From a virus (Duplodnaviria > Caudoviricetes): DNA of 64,000 bases. The notes below the pieces were generated by a model. That model did no database searches. It had not been told where the DNA came from and saw only the letters and a list, made by a program, of their open reading frames with translations. Shown piece after piece: positions 58,232 through 64,000 of this stretch. Location of the stretch: IMG/VR virus record IMGVR_UViG_3300046318_000439, positions 32,001 to 96,000 of that record; one strand, written 5' to 3'. A program made the translations under genes and the position numbers. Each line of letters opens with the position of its first letter. The first letter of the stretch is position 1.

Positions 58232-58547
58232 TCTATATTAACTATTATAATGTATAATAGACGGGATTATATTCTCTATTACCTAGTATAATGTCTAATA
58301 TGATTATACAGGATATACTGTGTATTATCGTGAAATAATCTCCTGGATTATCAAGGGGTTATATTATCTATTATCTCGTTGAATATACAGGGATTTTATA
58401 CGGTAGATTACAGCTGAATATAGCGGTTATACACTGAACGAGGCTGTACTTACGCTGGATCTGGAGAAGGTAAAAGGTCACCGAATCTAGCAGCGATTAA
58501 AGTTGAATTAGGCCTATAGTACCCCACCTTTTTCCGGTATTCCCTGA

Positions 58548-58712
58548 GTATTAGTTTAAGTTCATGCAGTGTATTCTACGACCATATTCTACCTGTTTTA
58601 TCCTTATCCTATTCCGATTGGTATTAGTTTAAGACGGGAGATTGATTTCTTACTATACGGCTTTTATTGTATACTACTGATTACTATATTGAAGGTATTA
58701 GTTTAAGACGGG
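58548..58712. repeat. Three copies of GTATTAGTTTAAG (58548, 58621, 58695); two extend with ACGGG
   Basis: Read directly in a non-coding region. Confidence 0.85.
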
Positions 58713-58734
58713 GTATTGATATTTGATTAGTCGT

Positions 58735-59076
58735 CTAAAAGCGGACTGTATATTGTATCCTATTAGGGGATACTATTAGATAGTCTGTTATCTTTGCTGC
58801 TAGTAGTGATGAAGCGCATGTTACTATAAAGTCTTGCATTGAGCTATCACGATTCGCATACTTGCTATCCATATACTCTTTTGCTAGGCCTACACCGCAT
58901 CCTGCTAGACTACCTATTACTGGATCTTTTGTTAATAATGTGATTGAGCTTCCTATTGCTGCTCCCATGATAGCATGCTGACCTTTATCTTTACCATGCC
59001 AACTATCATTTGACCTTAATAATTCTCCGTATGATAATGATGGGACTAGCAATAAGGTTAGTAGCCACTTACTCAT
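58735..59076 (-). CDS. YfiM/VanZ-like small membrane or secreted protein
   Basis: Signal-like MSKWLLTLLLVP, DKGQH, GLAKEYMD, SMQDF. Confidence 0.6.
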   Translation of the reverse strand: MSKWLLTLLLVPSLSYGELLRSNDSWHGKDKGQHAIMGAAIGSSITLLTKDPVIGSLAGCGVGLAKEYMDSKYANRDSSMQDFIVTCASSLLAAKITDYLIVSPNRIQYTVRF

Positions 59077-59290
59077 TATACTGATAATTTCTTTTCTTAT
59101 CAAACTCTATTGCCTCTTCCAATGTTCCTAGCTTATCTTGATTGTGTGCCTCTATTAGTTGATTAACCCATTCCTTCAGTTCGTTATGCCTTTTCATAAA
59201 CTGTTGTTTATTTCCATAATACCATCCATTAGACTCAACATCATTCAAATATGACAGCAATTGCTGATAATGGGTTTCTCTTAGCTTCAT
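59069..59290 (-). CDS. Hypothetical protein
   Basis: ORF track; coupled junctions. Confidence 0.6.
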   Translation of the reverse strand: MKLRETHYQQLLSYLNDVESNGWYYGNKQQFMKRHNELKEWVNQLIEAHNQDKLGTLEEAIEFDKKRNYQYNE

Positions 59291-59478
59291 CTGATCTTAT
59301 AATCGATTTTATTGCATGATGGGCACTGAACAGTCATCTTTGGTGGCATACTGGTTAACATGACGTTTGGCATAGGATAATACATCTCTACCCTACAATC
59401 ATCACATAGAACGCCAGCCTTGTTCTCTTGCTGGATAACCTGATGGCTTTGCCTATTATGTTCACTGATAGTTTTCAT
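59287..59478 (-). CDS. Zinc-ribbon protein
   Basis: CDDC...CPSC. Confidence 0.65.
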   Translation of the reverse strand: MKTISEHNRQSHQVIQQENKAGVLCDDCRVEMYYPMPNVMLTSMPPKMTVQCPSCNKIDYKIR

Positions 59479-59765
59479 TTGTGACCTATTCTTCGTAGTG
59501 TGTTTAATTCATTCCAACGATTGGTCGTCTTATGAATAGCAACACGGAAATCCATATACTCGTCAGTAGAACCACAAAACTCTACCTTCCACGTTTGATA
59601 CTTTGTCTTCACAATCGTTCCATAAACAACATCGTCCATGTGAATAACAGTAACGTTATCGTCAGAATAGGGAGATGTCTGCCTTTCCGTGAACTCTAAC
59701 TTTGGTACCTGGATAGGCTCTTTCTTCTTAAATGGCCACATCACTTCACCTCTAACTTGAAACAA
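59475..59765 (-). CDS. Hypothetical protein
   Basis: ORF track. Confidence 0.55.
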   Translation of the reverse strand: MFQVRGEVMWPFKKKEPIQVPKLEFTERQTSPYSDDNVTVIHMDDVVYGTIVKTKYQTWKVEFCGSTDEYMDFRVAIHKTTNRWNELNTLRRIGHK

Positions 59766-60193
59766 GTCTTTTCCTTGAACTTACGATATGCCAATGATAT
59801 GAATGATGGTCTCACTTCTGGAACAATGCCACCTTCTTGATAGAACATCGCCCAATACCGTTTTTTCTCGTACCGAGCATACAGTATAATGACATAACTT
59901 ATAATACCTGCCCCACCTAATACACCAAACGTGATCCAAACAATAGCGGCCATTGGATCAATAGCGTAGTCCAGGAATAACCAACCAATGAGATTACCAA
60001 TACTGAATAATACCCAAGATACAAATAGGATTGTGACAAATGTACAAAACATCGCCTTAATGATACCAAACGCCACCAATCGTATATACTGACATATATC
60101 AATCGTCTCACCTGGCTTTAGCTTACAATAACTATCCATACCGATATTAGCAAGCCACATATGCCAACTGTCATGTTTAATCTCTTGTTTCAT
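59741..60193 (-). CDS. Hypothetical membrane protein
   Basis: Two hydrophobic segments; starts at the junction repeat. Confidence 0.65.
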   Translation of the reverse strand: MKQEIKHDSWHMWLANIGMDSYCKLKPGETIDICQYIRLVAFGIIKAMFCTFVTILFVSWVLFSIGNLIGWLFLDYAIDPMAAIVWITFGVLGGAGIISYVIILYARYEKKRYWAMFYQEGGIVPEVRPSFISLAYRKFKEKTCFKLEVK

Positions 60194-60609
60194 TTCTCAC
60201 TCGCTTTCTTTAGTATTGCTCTAGCCAACCGTCTATGTGCTACATAAATGCCAGGATTTCTAGGCACTCCATATGTTTCATCAACAACTCGGTCTATTTC
60301 CTCATCACTTAACTCTCTTGGTGCGGTGTAGAGTGGAATAGTAAAGTTCTTAGCAATATCTTTATCCATATCAGAAAAATCTTCAACATGGTAAATTGTT
60401 TTGCTTTTGCTCATAAATGCAACAGGCTTTGGATTGTTTTTTAATAGAAGTTCTTGAACTGCATTTAATACTGCTTTTGCAGTTTCATCTACTGACATAT
60501 TAGGATTTACTTCAATCTTTCTATCGGCAGTAATTCTCATAGCCCATTCAGTATCGTAATTATTGAATGTAATAGTATTTGGTGGTGTATCTATTTTTTC
60601 TAATTTCAT
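60190..60609 (-). CDS. Hypothetical protein with PRELSDEEI...AILKKASEK module
   Basis: ORF track. Confidence 0.65.
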   Translation of the reverse strand: MKLEKIDTPPNTITFNNYDTEWAMRITADRKIEVNPNMSVDETAKAVLNAVQELLLKNNPKPVAFMSKSKTIYHVEDFSDMDKDIAKNFTIPLYTAPRELSDEEIDRVVDETYGVPRNPGIYVAHRRLARAILKKASEK

Positions 60610-60788
60610 TTCTCACTCGCTTTCTTTATTTCATCAGCAGTAAATTGACCTAGTGCATATATGCCATAAACTCCAATAGTATTTAAAAAGGCAGACAACA
60701 ATCCTTCATGGTATTTACTAATAAAAGCCATTGTTAATATGACTAAAGTGAAAACTCTCCATTTATAAGACCAAATCTTTTTAATCAT
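60606..60788 (-). CDS. Small membrane protein
   Basis: ORF track; ends KKASEK. Confidence 0.6.
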   Translation of the reverse strand: MIKKIWSYKWRVFTLVILTMAFISKYHEGLLSAFLNTIGVYGIYALGQFTADEIKKASEK

Positions 60789-60791
60789 TTC

Positions 60792-60974
60792 TCACTCGCT
60801 TTCTTTAACCCAAACCCACCCAAGTAATTCTTCGGTGTTTTTAATTTGTTCAGGAGTAAATTGTTTATACATAGCAAAACTTATATAACTATATCCATCA
60901 CCTATTTTCCAATGACCTACTGGTTTAGGCGGTGTTGCCATGCTGATTATTTGTGGACTATCTAAATTTATCAT
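60792..60974 (-). CDS. Hypothetical protein
   Basis: ORF track; reads the repeat in another frame (KESE*). Confidence 0.6.
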   Translation of the reverse strand: MINLDSPQIISMATPPKPVGHWKIGDGYSYISFAMYKQFTPEQIKNTEELLGWVWVKESE

Positions 60975-60990
60975 TTCTCACTCGCTTTCT

Positions 60991-61119
60991 TTAGCTTTTG
61001 CCAACAAAATAACCAATCGTATAAAACACAATAGCTACTACCATTGGGTGTTTTAAAACACGAATAACCCATCTTCGCCAATCACCACTAAGAAACCAGT
61101 CAAGAATTTCAATAATCAT
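60991..61119 (-). CDS. Small membrane protein (42 aa), not in the track
   Basis: MIIEILDWFLSGDWRRWVIRVLKHPMVVAIVFYTIGYFVGKS*; bounded by repeats. Confidence 0.6.
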   Translation of the reverse strand: MIIEILDWFLSGDWRRWVIRVLKHPMVVAIVFYTIGYFVGKS

Positions 61120-61403
61120 TTCCCACTCGCTTTCTTTATTAGTTCTTTAGCAAAAGCAACTTCATCTAATTTGCTATTTCCGTATATATCCATATTAGAA
61201 CAGTGCATAGCAATATAAGCTATTTCCTCATCACTTAACTCTCTTGGTGTGTATTGTGCAGGTCTAGCGTCATACTCACCATAATGTTTATCGCATAAGC
61301 ATCCATAAAATACAGCAGGTTCGCATTCCCTAGTTTCACCATCCCATTCGCTTGGGAAACCGCCATATTCTGATTCACAGCCACAGGTCAGTATATAAGT
61401 CAT
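61116..61403 (-). CDS. Hypothetical protein with PRELSDEEI module
   Basis: ORF track. Confidence 0.6.
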   Translation of the reverse strand: MTYILTCGCESEYGGFPSEWDGETRECEPAVFYGCLCDKHYGEYDARPAQYTPRELSDEEIAYIAMHCSNMDIYGNSKLDEVAFAKELIKKASGK

Positions 61404-61627
61404 TTCTCACTTGCCTTCTTTAGGATTGCTCTAACCTGCTTTAAACAAACCTGAGCTTTATATCCATCCCATTCACTTTTAGGAATAAACAATTCCTCTA
61501 GTATCTCATCATCGCTCAACTCTCTATACTTAACGACTTCAACGACTTCGGAATCTTCTCCAGCAACTCTACTACTTGAGGCACATGCGCAACCTCGCTC
61601 GTAACAATCAATGTCCATGTATTTCAT
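61400..61627 (-). CDS. Hypothetical protein with RELSDDEI module
   Basis: ORF track. Confidence 0.6.
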   Translation of the reverse strand: MKYMDIDCYERGCACASSSRVAGEDSEVVEVVKYRELSDDEILEELFIPKSEWDGYKAQVCLKQVRAILKKASEK

Positions 61628-62208
61628 TTCTCACTTGCTCTCTTTAGGATTGATATACCCAACTCAACTGGGAAGTTTCTCCATTTGCCGTCTGCAGTCT
61701 TGCTATCGGTCATCCAAAAGTCGTGCTCGAGAGTTGAGAATATTTCTTCATATTCTTCTTCACTCAGTTCTTTTAATGCTGTATACAATGGAATAGCGTC
61801 TGGATAGGCTGGTGGTTTTTCTTTTGAAAAGTTATAAACACCCTCCCATACTTCATTCTCTCGCATCCATGCAACTGGTTCTTGTGATTCTACCGTTGTC
61901 CTTACTACATCCTCATAACCATCAAACTCTTCTACGGGTGCATGAATTAATCTAAACGATTTAATAGTATCTACTAATGCTTCCTCTTCTTTAGTAAGAT
62001 ATCGTCCTCGCACTTCCTTTAATGCTTGCTCTAGAGTTACTTCCAAACGACTCTTCGCTGGCCTAATGCGAAACTCCATTGCTGTATTGCCCCAATATGG
62101 GCAAGGATGCTCATGCCAAACGTCTTCCTCTTTATACTTGTATTGAATCTCAGCACCATCTGCCCATGCTTTGATCAGTTCAGCGTGTTTATGTGGTTTC
62201 ATGTTCAT
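61624..62208 (-). CDS. Mosaic hypothetical protein
   Basis: KPHKHAELIKAWADGAEIQ N-terminal domain, EPVAW...IPLYT, ELSEEE...ILKRASEK. Confidence 0.7.
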   Translation of the reverse strand: MNMKPHKHAELIKAWADGAEIQYKYKEEDVWHEHPCPYWGNTAMEFRIRPAKSRLEVTLEQALKEVRGRYLTKEEEALVDTIKSFRLIHAPVEEFDGYEDVVRTTVESQEPVAWMRENEVWEGVYNFSKEKPPAYPDAIPLYTALKELSEEEYEEIFSTLEHDFWMTDSKTADGKWRNFPVELGISILKRASEK

Positions 62209-62630
62209 TCCAAAAAGTCCTCATCAGCCTGTTCACCATTCTCTTTGCCTTCTTCCCACAAAGTATCAATCACATATTGTGGCACATTGTAACCATTGGC
62301 CTTTAACACAGCCAACTCATTACCCATACTGGTTGCAGTCTCTACATTGAACGACTTGCCATCCCACTCTAAACCAATTGGCTCACGAATTGCACCATCT
62401 TTTAACCAATCCATGTAGGCACGATGCTTCACCATGAAATCAGCAAGAGCTTCTTCTGTTATATTATCCTCACTATCTCTAGGATAGTCAACAAGATTGG
62501 GACAATGTGGGGCCTCATGTCTGTTTACAATTCTACGAGAGGCAACATGACAAGTGAATCCGCCGCTTACATCTTCATAAACGTAAACATCACAACCATA
62601 GGCATCACTTGACCATCTACAATAACTCAT
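62205..62630 (-). CDS. Conserved phage hypothetical protein
   Basis: MSYCRWSSD..CDVYVYEDV.GGFTCHVA. Confidence 0.7.
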   Translation of the reverse strand: MSYCRWSSDAYGCDVYVYEDVSGGFTCHVASRRIVNRHEAPHCPNLVDYPRDSEDNITEEALADFMVKHRAYMDWLKDGAIREPIGLEWDGKSFNVETATSMGNELAVLKANGYNVPQYVIDTLWEEGKENGEQADEDFLE

Positions 62631-62704
62631 TTTTAATTTGCTTCCTTCAGCGACTCTTTTGCTCTATCCCACACACAATGATAAATTCATGACTAGTCAT
62701 TATT

Positions 62705-63028
62705 CTACGCAACTATTGGCATTGCTAGTTTAATTGTAGATTGTTCTTCATCATTCTTAGCAATTCGTGTTTCGATGGCTTTTCTAGCACAATTCTCTGA
62801 AATGTACTCACCCATCGTGTCTCCATTCACTTCTGCATAGTATACATCACTGAAACTGATCCGTGAATACTTGCCAACGATACGGCCAGTTGCCTTATCA
62901 CAATAATATGATTGGATACTCTTTTCATGCCACTGATATTTGTTCTCATTCACTTTCGCGATTGCTTTCTTAACCTGAGATCTTGTAATGTGATCGCCTT
63001 CTCGTGGTGATCTTTTAATTTTATTCAT
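62705..63028 (-). CDS. Hypothetical protein
   Basis: ORF track. Confidence 0.6.
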   Translation of the reverse strand: MNKIKRSPREGDHITRSQVKKAIAKVNENKYQWHEKSIQSYYCDKATGRIVGKYSRISFSDVYYAEVNGDTMGEYISENCARKAIETRIAKNDEEQSTIKLAMPIVA

Positions 63029-63279
63029 TCTGCGTTTTCCTTTCTTTTTCTCCAGGAATGTAGATCTTCTTCAGTACCAGACTCGTTCCACTCGTTCCAT
63101 ACACGATTCACTTCTTCCATGGGCGTTTCTCTTACTGGGTTTAACTCCAACCACTTCTTACACCATCTAATATGATCATCCCGCTGAACTTTAATCTTAT
63201 CATGCGAAAGCTCAATCCACTCGTTAGCAATCATCTCGATCATCTGACGTGCTGTTAATTGTTCAATGTAATCATTCAT
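63025..63279 (-). CDS. Hypothetical protein
   Basis: ORF track; coupled junctions. Confidence 0.6.
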   Translation of the reverse strand: MNDYIEQLTARQMIEMIANEWIELSHDKIKVQRDDHIRWCKKWLELNPVRETPMEEVNRVWNEWNESGTEEDLHSWRKRKENAE

Positions 63280-63899
63280 CCCTCATTCTCCTTAACCCAG
63301 AATCCTAACCTATCGGCTGATGGACTAGGATACCAATCCCAACCCACTGGCGGCTCTAAATCATCACCTTTCCAACGAGGTATGATTTCGTTAGACGTAT
63401 GATTGCTGAAATCATCATTATAACGACAATGCACCTCTATAGCCTTGCCTCCAATATACTCCACATTCACCCATGGGTGCACGAGAGCGAAGCTCTCCAA
63501 CCAAGATGGTATAGGGTAGATCTTTGGTGCTGGCAACTTAACCCATCTACTGAATCGATCTAATCTGTTAGGATTGTCTCTGAACCCTTGTACAGCCAGT
63601 ACTGGGGTACCCCAAAGATAATCTACACTGATATGATCACCGGTTAATACTTGAGACCAAAAGTAACCATCCGGCACATTACTATCATCCCCTGGTTCAA
63701 TCCACACAACATCAGCACCACGACTCATCATACGTATGTTAGTGATAGGCCTTACAATGTACCAATCGGCTTTGGGTACTGATATGCCTGCAGGGCCGGC
63801 CAAGATACCTTCGTATCCAGCAACTACCAGCTTATCGTATATCCATTTCCATTCAAGCGGTACTGATTCCCAAACATCACAATCGTTGATGTACTCCAT
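63276..63899 (-). CDS. Conserved phage protein, possibly ATP-grasp-like
   Basis: WIYDKL, GPAG..VP....YIVRPI.N..MM.RGA, FW.....G.HISVDY, IEVHCR. Confidence 0.55.
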   Translation of the reverse strand: MEYINDCDVWESVPLEWKWIYDKLVVAGYEGILAGPAGISVPKADWYIVRPITNIRMMSRGADVVWIEPGDDSNVPDGYFWSQVLTGDHISVDYLWGTPVLAVQGFRDNPNRLDRFSRWVKLPAPKIYPIPSWLESFALVHPWVNVEYIGGKAIEVHCRYNDDFSNHTSNEIIPRWKGDDLEPPVGWDWYPSPSADRLGFWVKENEG

Positions 63900-64000
63900 C
63901 AGTTGCTGGCATTCTCATTCGTATTCATTGCAATGTAATGCTCGGCAATAGTAATCATGGCTTGCGCATGCTCAATACTAGTAGGCAACACAACACGCTC

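Larger units (their letters stand above)
60191..61644 (-). repeat. Seven copies of a 20-nt gene-junction repeat AAGAAAGCGAGTGAGAAATG
   Basis: Plus-strand starts: 60191, 60607, 60786, 60972, 61117 (1 mismatch), 61401 (2 mismatches), 61625 (3 mismatches). Confidence 0.9.

Noticed and set aside
1-64000. Stop-codon reassignment (alternative genetic code)
   Set aside because: Core genes (gp6, gp7, gp32 and others) are full length under the standard code.

Overview
64 kb of a large T4-like myovirus genome, probably an aquatic proteobacterial phage, using the standard genetic code. It falls into four zones. (1) 1-16.9 kb, minus strand: a tightly coupled modification locus with 8 radical SAM genes, a U32-like protein, sugar-nucleotide enzymes, a split transketolase, glycosyltransferases and a deacetylase. 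It is centred on a small S74-chaperone protein that carries four CTCNCNY repeats immediately before its autocleavage site. (2) 16.9-44.7 kb: tail fibres, DUF4815/VrlC-like proteins and the T4 baseplate/tail genes (gp8, 7, 6, 25, 5, hub, 53, 48, 4, 2, 54, 26/51), plus two paralogous tape-measure-like genes. (3) 44.7-49.2 kb: gp32/gp59/gp33, a SleB-like hydrolase, and a permuted two-piece tmRNA whose coding piece is interrupted by an antisense GIY-YIG endonuclease gene, leaving two synonymous tag ends. (4) 49.3-64 kb: early region of small ORFs driven by about 14 related sigma70-type promoters, with tRNA-Glu, an HNH-AP2 gene inside a duplicated unit, a non-coding AT-rich stretch and a cassette-like array joined by a 20-nt repeat. 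Product calls come from motif recognition by eye; no database search was run.
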